Shown piece after piece: positions 28,152 through 37,340 of a stretch of 64,000 bases of DNA (position 1 is its first letter; each line of letters opens with the position of its first letter). The notes beneath the pieces were generated by a model. The model worked only from the letters and a program-made list of their open reading frames with translations, made no database searches and was not told the DNA's origin. The position numbers were made by a program, and so were the translations under genes. Source of the DNA: Actinomycetes bacterium (GTDB lineage: Bacteria > Actinomycetota > Thermoleophilia > BMS3ABIN01); NCBI GenBank assembly GCA_021787475.1, contig JAJYLW010000012.1:3074-67073 (forward strand), given 5' to 3'.

Positions 28152-28372
28152 CCGCGCGGCTTCTTTCTGACAGGATCAAAACCGCCGCGTGAAAACGGGT
28201 TGCACCGAAGCAGCCGCCAGGCTGTCAACCCCAGGCCGCGGAAAAACCCCCATTCCTGGAACGCTTCCAAGGAATAGGCCGAGCAACTGGGATAGTACTT
28301 GCAGCGTTGTGGAAATAGTGGTGAAATCAGCTTCCGGTAGAAGCTGATCAGCAACATTGGCAATCGCTTCAA
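28148..28372 (-). CDS. yidD: Membrane protein insertion efficiency factor
   Basis: CKYYPSCSAY, RLLRCNPF..GGFDPV. Confidence 0.95.
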   Translation of the reverse strand: MKRLPMLLISFYRKLISPLFPQRCKYYPSCSAYSLEAFQEWGFFRGLGLTAWRLLRCNPFSRGGFDPVRKKPRG

Positions 28373-28744
28373 TTAGTCTGCTTCCTGAACTAGGTTTGCC
28401 CGCCGGAAAAGGTCTCTCATCATTGCGGCAATCGTATCAAGCCGGTTCTTTACTATGTACTCCGCCAGACCTGGCCGGGCGATAATCACGTAATCATAAC
28501 CGGGCGCCACGTCTTTCTGCATCGAACGGAAAGCTTCCTTGAGCACCCGTTTTACCTGGTTGCGCACGACGGCGCCGCCAACTTTTTTCGATACCGAAAG
28601 TCCCAAGCGTGGCTGGGCGCTTTCATTTGAATGGTCAAAATAATATAGGACTGCGTACCGGCCGGCGACCGACTCGCCCCGCCGGTAAACCCGCCTGAAG
28701 TCAGCCGACCTCGTCAGCCGGTTTTTCTTGCCAGCTTGGACCGT
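28373..28744 (-). CDS. rnpA: Ribonuclease P protein component; start uncertain, apparently non-canonical (ACG 28744 or ATA 28756)
   Basis: RLTRSADFRRVYRRG...PRLGLSVSKKVGGAVVRNQVKR; no in-frame ATG/GTG/TTG upstream of the conserved N-terminus. Confidence 0.9.
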   Translation of the reverse strand, partial: TVQAGKKNRLTRSADFRRVYRRGESVAGRYAVLYYFDHSNESAQPRLGLSVSKKVGGAVVRNQVKRVLKEAFRSMQKDVAPGYDYVIIARPGLAEYIVKNRLDTIAAMMRDLFRRANLVQEAD

Positions 28745-28752
28745 AGCCGCCT

Positions 28753-28887
28753 TTATGCGGATAGAATTTTCCTGCCCTTGTCACGTCGCCGCTTAAGGAC
28801 ACGGCGGCCGGCTTTGCTGCTCATCCGCTGGCGGAAGCCGTGCGTCTTTTTCCTTTTCCTCTTGTTTGGCTGGTATGTCCGCTTCAA
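28753..28887 (-). CDS. rpmH: 50S ribosomal protein L34 (not in the ORF track)
   Basis: TTG start, [44 protein letters not shown]; AAGGAG SD. Confidence 0.97.
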   Translation of the reverse strand: MKRTYQPNKRKRKKTHGFRQRMSSKAGRRVLKRRRDKGRKILSA

Positions 28888-28932
28888 AAAAAGCTCCTTT
28901 GCACTCTGACGAGGTGACAGTATACAGCCACT

Positions 28933-29285
28933 TTTTCCAGAAAGTCAACAACGCGGGTTCCCGCGCTCACCCTGTGGAAAGTGTGGAAAACACGCCTCTT
29001 CCAGACATCCAAAATCAGGCTTATGACGCTCCTGACGACGGAGCGGAAATCTTATTAAAAAAGTCAGGAAGACTGCCATTAAAAAATATACCTGCAAATG
29101 AAGCTGTTTGCAAAAAAAGGCTTGAACGGAAACCGTCAGCCGGCCTTAAGAAAGGCCAGCCGGCAGCGGATCATTTGTCGCTTGAATGCCGCAACGAAGT
29201 TATCCACAAAAACGGGACGTTGGACATGGATTAAATAAATTGATTATACAACTCGCCCGGGATAACCACGGAAATGTATTATTGC
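28933..29285. promoter_or_regulatory. DnaA-box-containing intergenic region (oriC-like or dnaA-promoter remnant)
   Basis: TGTGGAAAA 28982-28990 and TTATCCACA 29200-29208 (consensus matches), TGTGGAAAG 28973 and TTTTCCAGA 28933 (1 mismatch), AT-rich 29230-29285. Confidence 0.55.
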
Positions 29286-29347
29286 GAGAGGCTTGCCGGG
29301 ATTTGGCCGCAGGGAGGCCGAAGCGGAGCAAGGCCAATATCCGGTTT

Positions 29348-30019
29348 CTAAAGGTAAGACTCGCTGCGGAAGCTCATAAACCGGCTACGCGCCACGATGA
29401 CGTGATCAAGCACTTCGATGCCAAGCAGGCGGCCGGCTTCGGCCAGCCTTGACGTCAGCTTCAGGTCCTCGTTGCTGGGGGAGACATCTCCGGAAGGATG
29501 ATTATGAACCAGAATTACCGCCGCCGCCCCCTGGGCAATTGCTGGCCTGAAGACCTCGCGCGGGTGGACGATGTTTGCGTTCAGGCTGCCGACTGAGACA
29601 ATTTCCCTGTTTATTATCACATTTCTGGCATCAAGATAAAGAGCCAGGAAATGTTCCTTGCCGGCATTCCTGATATCGGCAGCGGCACGGCAGGCGTCCT
29701 GCGGCGTGCGCACCGGGCCGCGGCCGTCATCCGGCCAGAGCAGCCGCTTGGAAAGCTCGATAGCGGCAGATAGCCGCGCCGCCGACCGCGCCGAGAGGCC
29801 GCAGGCGCTGCTGAGCTCGGCGGTCGTCACCGGCGACAGCGCCCTTCCCGACAGGAGGGCAAATATGCGTTCCGAAATGCCCGCCAGGCGCTCCCCTCCC
29901 GGCTCATCCAAAAGGATGCCGACAAGTTCGTGGTCGAACAAGGCCGGCGCGGATGACGCCGCTTCCCTGACTATTTCAGCCGCTTCGGCGTCATTGCTGG
30001 GTTGAGATTGATATGACAA
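29348..30019 (-). CDS. radC: RadC/JAB-domain protein
   Basis: EHF..YLD, GSLNANIVHPREVF, HNHPSG..PS.ED, LDHVIV. Confidence 0.92.
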   Translation of the reverse strand: MSYQSQPSNDAEAAEIVREAASSAPALFDHELVGILLDEPGGERLAGISERIFALLSGRALSPVTTAELSSACGLSARSAARLSAAIELSKRLLWPDDGRGPVRTPQDACRAAADIRNAGKEHFLALYLDARNVIINREIVSVGSLNANIVHPREVFRPAIAQGAAAVILVHNHPSGDVSPSNEDLKLTSRLAEAGRLLGIEVLDHVIVARSRFMSFRSESYL

Positions 30020-30090
30020 AAATTATTTCGCCTCTCGAGACTATCTTAAAAAAACATCTTGACAGTCCCAAAGCAGAGCGGCGCGGGAAA

Positions 30091-30188
30091 TAACGAGGGA
30101 GGATTTATCTTATACGTTTGAGCCGCACATGGCAAGCAGGTGAACCTTCAGGCGGGTGAGGCCGGCCCGGTTCCAAGACCCTTCGTCA
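30091..30188 (-). ncRNA. Putative structured RNA with 6S-like motifs (short)
   Basis: Ends pair (TGACGAAGGG / CCCTCGTTA; GTCTT / AAGAT); internal CTTGGAACC and CACCTGC...GCGGCTCAAAC. Confidence 0.3.
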
Positions 30189-31103
30189 TGCGGAATTGGG
30201 CATTTGCTCATGCGCCATCGCTCTCAGGATCTTGATCCGCTGCTGGATTGGCGGATGGGTGTCGAACAGGCCGCGGGAGCGCTTCTCGAATTTCTTGATC
30301 GGCTGGGCGATATAAAGGTGGGCTGTGGCGCGGTTGGCAGCCGCCAAAACCTCATTATCATCGGCGATCTTCTGCAAAGCATCGGCAAGGCCATCGGGGT
30401 CGCGGGTCAGCTGAACTGCCGACGCATCAGCAAGCAACTCGCGCTTGCGGGATATCGCCAGCTGGACAAGGCGGGCGGCGATGGGAGCGAGAACGGCCAG
30501 TAGCAGAGCCACCACCAGCAAGATCGCGCCAAGGGCGCCGCTGTTATCGTCATTGCTGCGCCGCCCGCCGCCAAACAGGGTCCAGCGCAGGAAAAAGTCA
30601 GCCATTAGCGCAATCGCTCCGACCATGATTCCCACCAGCGTCGCAAACAGGATGTCGTAATTGCGCACGTGCGACATCTCGTGAGCGATTACACCCTGCA
30701 GCTCCTCGCGGTTCATCTTTGCCAGGAGCCCGGAAGTCACGGCAATTGACGAGTGTGCCGGGTCCCTGCCGGTGGCGAAAGCGTTCGGAGCCGCGTCGTC
30801 GATAATGTACAAGGACGGCATCGGGTTGCCCGAGGCAATGGACATCTCCTCGGCCACGTTGAACAGCTGCGGCGCATCGTCATGGCTCACCGGCCGGGCG
30901 TGGCTGACCGCCAGCACCATTTTGTCACCCTTGTAGTAGCCCGCCGACCCCATCGCAATCGCGATCGCCAAGGCAATGGCAAGGCCGAACCAGCCAATGC
31001 CGATCGCCATCCCGACCGCGTAGCCAAGCACAATCAGCAGCGCCGTCACAATCACAATCAGGAAATAGGAAAGGTGCTTATTCTTTGCTATCTGTTCATA
31101 CAT
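30186..31103 (-). CDS. htpX: M48 zinc metalloprotease HtpX
   Basis: PNAFATG, HEMSH, SRKRE..AD, THPP; downstream of lemA. Confidence 0.93.
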   Translation of the reverse strand: MYEQIAKNKHLSYFLIVIVTALLIVLGYAVGMAIGIGWFGLAIALAIAIAMGSAGYYKGDKMVLAVSHARPVSHDDAPQLFNVAEEMSIASGNPMPSLYIIDDAAPNAFATGRDPAHSSIAVTSGLLAKMNREELQGVIAHEMSHVRNYDILFATLVGIMVGAIALMADFFLRWTLFGGGRRSNDDNSGALGAILLVVALLLAVLAPIAARLVQLAISRKRELLADASAVQLTRDPDGLADALQKIADDNEVLAAANRATAHLYIAQPIKKFEKRSRGLFDTHPPIQQRIKILRAMAHEQMPNSA

Positions 31104-31110
31104 AAACCCG

Positions 31111-31145
31111 GATGGTAGATGGTGGATGGTGGACGATGGATAAAA
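31111..31145 (-). repeat. 7-bp-period array (CACCATC on minus strand)
   Basis: gatggta gatggtg gatggtg gacgatg gataaaa, 7 bp before the htpX ATG. Confidence 0.75.
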
Positions 31146-31180
31146 TCAAACAAAACCGGGTTTTTATCCGAATTGCCTGT

Positions 31181-31735
31181 TTACCGCAGTTCCACCTTGA
31201 CTGGTTCTTTTTCCTCTTCGGGCACTTCGAAGTATTCGCGGGCCCTGAAGCCAAAAATCCCGGCGATTACGTTTGAAGGGAAGGTCTGCACCCGGTTGTT
31301 GAAACTCATCACCGTATCATTATAAAGCTGCCGCGCAAAAGAAATCTTGTTTTCGGTAGAAGTCAGCTCTTCCTGCAACTGCGAAACATTCTGGTTGGCT
31401 TTCAGGTCGGGGTAATTCTCCGCGACCGCAAACAACGATTTCAGCGCTCCCGTGAGCATGTTCTCCGCTTTTGCCGAGTCGGCAGGCCCCTGGGCCTGCA
31501 TCGCCTCCGACCGGGCCTTTGTCACATTTTGCAGCACTTCCTGTTCGTATGACATGTAATCCTTGACCATCTCCACCAGATTTGGGATCAAATCATGACG
31601 GCGTTTGAGCTGAACGTCTATCTGGCGCCAGGAATTGTCAACTTTGTTGCGCGATCTTACAAGGGAGTTGTAGATGCCAATCAGGATGGCAATCAGCAAG
31701 ACAACCGCCACGATGACAATGATTGAGACTATCAA
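31181..31735 (-). CDS. lemA: LemA family protein
   Basis: [41 protein letters not shown]. Confidence 0.96.
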   Translation of the reverse strand: MIVSIIVIVAVVLLIAILIGIYNSLVRSRNKVDNSWRQIDVQLKRRHDLIPNLVEMVKDYMSYEQEVLQNVTKARSEAMQAQGPADSAKAENMLTGALKSLFAVAENYPDLKANQNVSQLQEELTSTENKISFARQLYNDTVMSFNNRVQTFPSNVIAGIFGFRAREYFEVPEEEKEPVKVELR

Positions 31736-31892
31736 CGTTTCCTCCTTTCGCTTCTCATTCTTTTTTCTTATTTTATACTATCTGCTTCCGACAATATTTC
31801 CGGCCGCCGGCGGTTCGCCTTGCGGCCCGGCCAGCAAATATCTAGAATGCAAGCAGCGCTATTCAAACATGTTTTTATCTGGAGGCGGAAAG

Positions 31893-32150
31893 ATGGCCAT
31901 TTGCAAGCACAGACGCTGCTCTTTGTTTTTTTTCGGGGCGGGGATAGGCGCAGTCGCCGGCGTGCTTCTGGCTCCCAAATCAGGACGGGAGATTCGCCGG
32001 GAACTATTTGGCGGCTCCCCTGATTTGTTTGCCGGGGAGGAATCGGCGGCGGCGCAAACAGAGCCAGCGGCGGACCTCAAAGCCAGAATCGAGGAAACGC
32101 GGGCAAGGCTGAAAGACGAGGTCGAAGCCGAACAGGAAAAGAAATCCTGA
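31893..32150 (+). CDS. Short YtxH-domain protein
   Basis: GGAGG SD; FGAGIGAVAGVLLAPKSGREIR; ARIEETRARLK. Confidence 0.75.
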   Translation: MAICKHRRCSLFFFGAGIGAVAGVLLAPKSGREIRRELFGGSPDLFAGEESAAAQTEPAADLKARIEETRARLKDEVEAEQEKKS

Positions 32151-32281
32151 CCCCTCCCATCCTCGCTGGTACAACATCCTCGCCCGCCGGTGGAGCAGAC
32201 CGGCAAAATTAACTGTTTCTTGGCCTTAAAGACAATCATTAGCATCGTCACCGAAACTGCTGCCAAACGGAAAGATCCTCA

Positions 32282-33235
32282 ATGAGCAAGCCTTTCTGGG
32301 TAGCCTTGGAGGCGGCGGCAATGGTGGGCGTTGCCGCAACCGGCTACATGCTGTTCGAGGCCCAGTGGCTTCGGCTTGTGCGCAGGCAGCTGGAGGTCCC
32401 GGGGCTGCCGCCGGGGCTTGACGGCCTGATGGTGCTTCACGCCAGCGATCTGCATGCCGGCGCGCCCGGCTTTAACACACGCGTTATCCGAAAATTCATC
32501 GAAACCGCCCGCAGCGCAGAGCCGGATGTCATCTTGCTGACCGGGGACCTGACCGACAAAAAGAAAGACCTCACCCCGTTTATCGAAGGCTTGGGCTCTC
32601 TGTCGGCGCGCCACGGCAAGTTTGCCTGCCTCGGCAATCACGATCATGGGCTCAGAAAAACCGTCATTGAGGACTTCGTCCGCAGGCTTGCCGGCCGCGG
32701 TCTGCATCGGCCCGTTACAGGCCAAAAAAAGAGAACAGTATCAACGATGCGGGGAATGCTGGCGGAGGCGGGCGTGCGCCTGCTTGAAAATGAATGCATC
32801 ACCGCCAAGATCGGCTCTGACGTTGTGCAGTTTTGCGGTATTGATGACTTCAACTATGGCTATGCGGATCTTGTCTCGGTGGCCGGACAGCTTCAGAGCA
32901 GCGCCGGGCTTCGGATCCTGCTGTCGCACAGCCCCGATGTCATCGGCGAACTCCAACGCGGCAGCTTCCAGGTGGTGCTGGCGGGCCACACCCACGGCGG
33001 CCAGATCTGCGTGCCCAACCCGGGGAGCGACAAGATCATGCTCTCGACATCCGGCTCCAATTACGGGGAAGGACAGTTTCAAGTAAACGGCGCCGTCATG
33101 CATGTTTCCCGGGGAGTCGGCACAACGCTGGTTCCTTTTCGCTTTTTCAGCAGGCCGGAAATCACTCTGCTTGAGCTAAGAGCCATCCCGGCAGGTCAAA
33201 CCCCCGCTTCTAATCCCGCTGCCTCAGGGTTATAA
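32282..33235 (+). CDS. Metallophosphoesterase (YkuE/YaeI-like)
   Basis: SDLH, TGD, GNHD, SHSP, GHTHGGQ, SRGVG. Confidence 0.92.
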   Translation: MSKPFWVALEAAAMVGVAATGYMLFEAQWLRLVRRQLEVPGLPPGLDGLMVLHASDLHAGAPGFNTRVIRKFIETARSAEPDVILLTGDLTDKKKDLTPFIEGLGSLSARHGKFACLGNHDHGLRKTVIEDFVRRLAGRGLHRPVTGQKKRTVSTMRGMLAEAGVRLLENECITAKIGSDVVQFCGIDDFNYGYADLVSVAGQLQSSAGLRILLSHSPDVIGELQRGSFQVVLAGHTHGGQICVPNPGSDKIMLSTSGSNYGEGQFQVNGAVMHVSRGVGTTLVPFRFFSRPEITLLELRAIPAGQTPASNPAASGL

Positions 33236-33268
33236 TATTTTGACCGTTCAGTTTCGCGTTTCAGAAAT

Positions 33269-33907
33269 ATGCATTTCCAGCTTCAAAATCTCACCCGGGA
33301 CACGTTTCCACTGCTGCCGGACAGCTGCATCCATTGCGGATGGTGGCAGGGTCACAACCGGGGCTGGAGTACAGAGGCGGCGGAGGAATGGAGCCGGGCC
33401 GCGGAAGCGCAGTTTGGCCGCTGGGGCAAACTGGCCACTGTCGATGGAAAATTGCTGGGGATGATCCAGTTTGCGCCGGCGCCGCTCTACTCTCGCAGCC
33501 TTCCGTGCGGTCCCCCGGACAGAAAATCAGTCCTGCTCGGCTGCGGCCTGAATGGCGGAGGCGGGCCGGATTCAGTGGGGAAGAGCCTGGTGCTGGCTGC
33601 TCTGGCCGAGATTAAGGATGATAATGTCGATCTTGTTGAGGCCTTTTGCCGGCCCAGTGGTCCAGCTTCCGATTGCCGCTTTCTCAGCCAGGATTTCCTC
33701 CGGGACTGCGGCTTCTCTCCGCTCCGGAGCCTGGATGGTTTCCAGCTAATGCGGCTGGAGTTGGGGGGGTTGACACGGGTAAGCAAGCTTGCCCGGCACC
33801 CGCACCGCGGCATTCTGCGGCGGATCAGGCACCCATCGCCGGCGCCGGTGGTCTTTTTCGGCGCCAACCGGGATCTGCCACTTTTGCGCGGCGCCGGCAG
33901 CATCTAG
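33269..33907 (+). CDS. GNAT-fold protein resembling the origin-proximal actinobacterial Rv3916c type
   Basis: LP..CIHCGWW, FGRWGK, QFAP, GPP, VEAF, FL..CGF, LMRLEL. Confidence 0.65.
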   Translation: MHFQLQNLTRDTFPLLPDSCIHCGWWQGHNRGWSTEAAEEWSRAAEAQFGRWGKLATVDGKLLGMIQFAPAPLYSRSLPCGPPDRKSVLLGCGLNGGGGPDSVGKSLVLAALAEIKDDNVDLVEAFCRPSGPASDCRFLSQDFLRDCGFSPLRSLDGFQLMRLELGGLTRVSKLARHPHRGILRRIRHPSPAPVVFFGANRDLPLLRGAGSI

Positions 33908-33911
33908 GCGG

Positions 33912-35354
33912 ATGGGGAGCCTGCCCCGGCCGTCACCGAGATTCTCCTTCTTTTATTGCTTCGCTTTTTTCCTTCTGATCGCGGCTTTTCTGGCCGCCGG
34001 GATTGCCGCCATTGATAACAGCTGCCTGGACGCTGCCGACGGAGCCTACCTGATATCCGGAAATGCCGTCGCCCATGGGCTTTTCCCTTACCGGGACTTT
34101 CTCGCCGCCCACCCTCCCGCCATCTACCTGCTGGGAGGGTTGCTGGCCCGCCTGGGAAAAGGCGTGGCTCCATTCCGCATCTTCTCCCTGCTTTTAAGCG
34201 CAGGTTTGGGCCTTGCCGTTTGGCGGCTGGCGCTCAGGATCACAGGCAAACGCGCCGAGGCGTTGCTTGCCGGGACGCTGGCAATGTTCGCCCCCCTCGG
34301 GGTTTATTTCTCGAAACTCTATTTAAACGATTCCATGGTGGCGCTCCTCACCGCCGCCACTTTCTTCCTCCTCCTGGGCGGCTCCCGCCGTCAGACAGCT
34401 GCGGCAGGAGCGCTGTCCGTAACCGGTATGCTGACCAAGCTGACATATTTCCCTGTGCTGGCGGCGGCGGTTGTGTTTGTCCTTGTCTGGCGGCGCGCGC
34501 AGCTGCGCCTTTTCCTGGGGGTGGCGTTTATTGGCGTAGCAGTTACGGCGCTTCTTCTGGAAGCGTTCACAAGCGGCGCCTATCTGGCGGACATCATTGG
34601 CGCCCAGGCGAGCAAGGGGGCCAGCTTCGCCAATTTTTACGAAGGGATGCACCGTATTTGGCAAATGGATTGGCCCCTGCTTGTGCCGGCCGCCGGCGGG
34701 CTCTGGTTTTCGATCAGCGATCTTGCCGGGAAAAAGAAGGACACTGCCGGGCATCGGGAGGGTCAGGCGCTGGTGCTGCTCTGGTTGGCGGCAGGCCTTG
34801 CCTCCCTGGCCACTCTCCCCGCTGAAGGTCATGACACCAACCTGTTTCAGGTGGCCGAGCCTGCAATCGCCATCCTGGCCGCAACCGGCCTTGGCCGCCT
34901 TGCCAGGGGGCGTATTGCCCTGGGCCCCGCCGTTGCGGTGGCTCTGATGGCGGTAATGTTTCCGGCCATTGCCGTAAAGGACCGCTCGTTTCTGACACGC
35001 AGCAATGCATCCGTGACGGCGGCGATCGTGGCGGAAATCGATAGCGCCGCTAGGCCCGGCGATCAGGTTCTGGCGCCGGGTTGCCCGGCGCTGGAGGCCG
35101 GTAGGCCGGTGGCGGATAACTTTTTTGACCAGTTCCTGTGGGAAGAAAAGTTCAAGCGGGGAGACAGCGATGCCACAAAGCTTTTCCTTGGCATTGCCGG
35201 GGAAATAGGCTCGGGACGGCTGCCGGCGGTTGCCTTCCAGCAGGGCCAGCCCAGCCAAAGCATATTCCTAAATCAGCTTCAGCGGCATTACTACCCGGTC
35301 CGCTTCCCGGACAAGGTAACCCCGCCGCTAACTCTCTGGCTGCTGAAAAAATAG
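33912..35354 (+). CDS. GT-C membrane glycosyltransferase (ArnT/GT39-like)
   Basis: DGAY, G..PYRDF..HPP, many TM helices, TK motif. Confidence 0.75.
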   Translation: MGSLPRPSPRFSFFYCFAFFLLIAAFLAAGIAAIDNSCLDAADGAYLISGNAVAHGLFPYRDFLAAHPPAIYLLGGLLARLGKGVAPFRIFSLLLSAGLGLAVWRLALRITGKRAEALLAGTLAMFAPLGVYFSKLYLNDSMVALLTAATFFLLLGGSRRQTAAAGALSVTGMLTKLTYFPVLAAAVVFVLVWRRAQLRLFLGVAFIGVAVTALLLEAFTSGAYLADIIGAQASKGASFANFYEGMHRIWQMDWPLLVPAAGGLWFSISDLAGKKKDTAGHREGQALVLLWLAAGLASLATLPAEGHDTNLFQVAEPAIAILAATGLGRLARGRIALGPAVAVALMAVMFPAIAVKDRSFLTRSNASVTAAIVAEIDSAARPGDQVLAPGCPALEAGRPVADNFFDQFLWEEKFKRGDSDATKLFLGIAGEIGSGRLPAVAFQQGQPSQSIFLNQLQRHYYPVRFPDKVTPPLTLWLLKK

Positions 35355-35388
35355 TTCCGGGTTCCGGGTTCCGGGTTCCGGGTTCCGG
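35354..35388 (+). repeat. Perfect heptamer tandem repeat (GTTCCGG)5
   Basis: Five exact copies starting at the last base of the stop codon. Confidence 0.95.
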
Positions 35389-35451
35389 AAAATGACGCCT
35401 GCTTTATTCTTCTTGTCAAGTTAATTATTCGGGACCGCGTCCAGCATCCGT

Positions 35452-35820
35452 TTAACTCGGTTCTTCTTCTTCGGTCCGGGTGACTACGAAGCCGGTATCG
35501 GGCTCCTCCACCCGCGCCCTCTTTCCATACACCTTCGCCTCCAGTACGGCAATGCGGCGCTCCAGCTCATCGACATAGCCGCGGCTGGCAATTCCCATCG
35601 CCCGGAGCGTATCCTGATAGGCATCGGAAAAACGGTCCGCTGCCCGGGATCCCTCACTTTCACCCTTGGAAACCGCCTGATCAACGATCTTCTGTCCTTC
35701 CTCCCTTGTCAGCTGGCCGCGCCGCACCATCTCATCAATCAGCTCGTTGATTTTCTCCCTCGTCAGAGAAGCAGCACCGATGCCGAGCAGCAAAATTTTT
35801 TCAATCAAGCTTTCACTCAT
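35452..35820 (-). CDS. Phasin-like (PhaF/PhaI-type) protein
   Basis: LLGIGAASLTREK..ELIDEMVRRGQLTREEG...LERRIAVLE; AAGGAG SD. Confidence 0.75.
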   Translation of the reverse strand: MSESLIEKILLLGIGAASLTREKINELIDEMVRRGQLTREEGQKIVDQAVSKGESEGSRAADRFSDAYQDTLRAMGIASRGYVDELERRIAVLEAKVYGKRARVEEPDTGFVVTRTEEEEPS

Positions 35821-35843
35821 TATATCTCCTTTCGCCAAGCCAA

Positions 35844-37319
35844 TTAATCAGACATTTTATTCTTTATGTCAACAAACTGCGTGTCAATCCATTTATGGAT
35901 GTCATTATGCCTGACCGTGCTTTTAATCTTACCCGCCAGCTGCTTTTTCTCATCCCCGGTCATCGTGAGCGCCCGGTAAATGGCGTCCGCCTGGCTGTCA
36001 ATGTCAAACGGGTTCACGGAGGCGCAGAATTCACCCAACTCCTCGTGGGCGCCGGCGTTTTCAGACAGGATGATGACGCCATGGCGCTCGTTGACAAGTC
36101 CCGCTTCTTTGGCAATAAGATTCATGCCATCGTAGATGGCGTTGACCATCAGAACGTCGAACTGTTTGTACGCCGCCACCGACCTGTTGAAGTTGTCCTG
36201 CATGCGCAGATCGATCGGCATCCAGTTAGGAGTGCCGTGCTTGGTGTTGATAACCTCGACGACGCGCATGATCTTCTCACGGTACTGAACATACTCTTCC
36301 ACATCCTCCCGCGATGGCTGAAGCAGAGCCAGGAAGCTGAGGCGCTGCTTGAACTCGGGATGCCGGTCGAGAAACAGGTCGAACGCCTTGAAGCCACGGA
36401 CGATATTCTTCGAAAGATCCATGCGGTCAACACGCAGGAGCAGGTGCTCACGCCTCAGCTCCCTGATCTTTTCTTCCTCTTTGAGGACCGGGGCGCTGGC
36501 GGCGAGGCGCTCAAACTCGGCGCAGTCAATTGAAATCGGATAGGCGCGCACCCAGACTTCCCTGCCGCCGGCAATTACGGTCGCGCTGCCATGATCGACT
36601 TCAAGCCCCAGCAACTCCTCGCAGCTGATCAGAAAGTTGCGCACGTACCGCCTTGTGTGGAAGGCGACAATGTCGTTTGCCAGGAGGCCGTTGATGATTG
36701 CCCTGCGGATGTCCCGGGGCAGCACCCGCCACGAATCGGACTGGGGCCAGGGAATGTGGACAAACTGGTGCAGGAAAGCGTCCGGATGCCGCTGGCGCAC
36801 AAGCTCGGGGCACGTATACAGGTGATAATCATGGAACATCACCACCGGCCGCTCGCCGCGGCGCTGCTCAAGCTCGTCCGAGACCACATCCGCAAACTGG
36901 CTGTTCACCACCAGGTAGCCGTTCCGCCACGCCTCCATTTCGCTCTGGCGAATGTCCGGCGCCACGGACAGGTCCCAGAGATAATGCTGGATGAACCAGA
37001 TCATCGGGTTGGCGATGACGCTGTAATAGAGGTGATAGGTATCCGGATCGACGACGACAAACCTGAGGCCGAGTTTATGCTCCGCATGGCTGACGGTAAC
37101 GCGGCCGCCGCCGGCTCTGAGGCTGACCTCAGCATCCTCAGCGGTCATGGCGCTGGCGATCCAGGAGACTTCGCAGGAGGCGGCCACCCCCAGAAGGGCG
37201 GTGACCAGCCCGCCGCCGCCTCGAACTGTCGTCAGCTCACCCGATTCATCCCGGGTGTAAGAGACAGGGCCCCGGTTCGAGACAAGAATCAGCTCGTTTT
37301 CAAACAGGCATTGTTCCAT
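35844..37319 (-). CDS. otsA: Trehalose-6-phosphate synthase (GT20)
   Basis: VSNRGP, GGGGLV, HDYHL, HIPWP, RVDRMDLSKN, DGMNLIAKE, LSENAGA. Confidence 0.93.
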   Translation of the reverse strand: MEQCLFENELILVSNRGPVSYTRDESGELTTVRGGGGLVTALLGVAASCEVSWIASAMTAEDAEVSLRAGGGRVTVSHAEHKLGLRFVVVDPDTYHLYYSVIANPMIWFIQHYLWDLSVAPDIRQSEMEAWRNGYLVVNSQFADVVSDELEQRRGERPVVMFHDYHLYTCPELVRQRHPDAFLHQFVHIPWPQSDSWRVLPRDIRRAIINGLLANDIVAFHTRRYVRNFLISCEELLGLEVDHGSATVIAGGREVWVRAYPISIDCAEFERLAASAPVLKEEEKIRELRREHLLLRVDRMDLSKNIVRGFKAFDLFLDRHPEFKQRLSFLALLQPSREDVEEYVQYREKIMRVVEVINTKHGTPNWMPIDLRMQDNFNRSVAAYKQFDVLMVNAIYDGMNLIAKEAGLVNERHGVIILSENAGAHEELGEFCASVNPFDIDSQADAIYRALTMTGDEKKQLAGKIKSTVRHNDIHKWIDTQFVDIKNKMSD

Positions 37320-37340
37320 TTTCCTCCGGAAGCCCTCCTG

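Noticed and set aside
28866-29234. 122-aa plus-strand ORF where dnaA would be expected
   Set aside because: No DnaA or other recognisable motifs; overlaps rpmH and DnaA boxes
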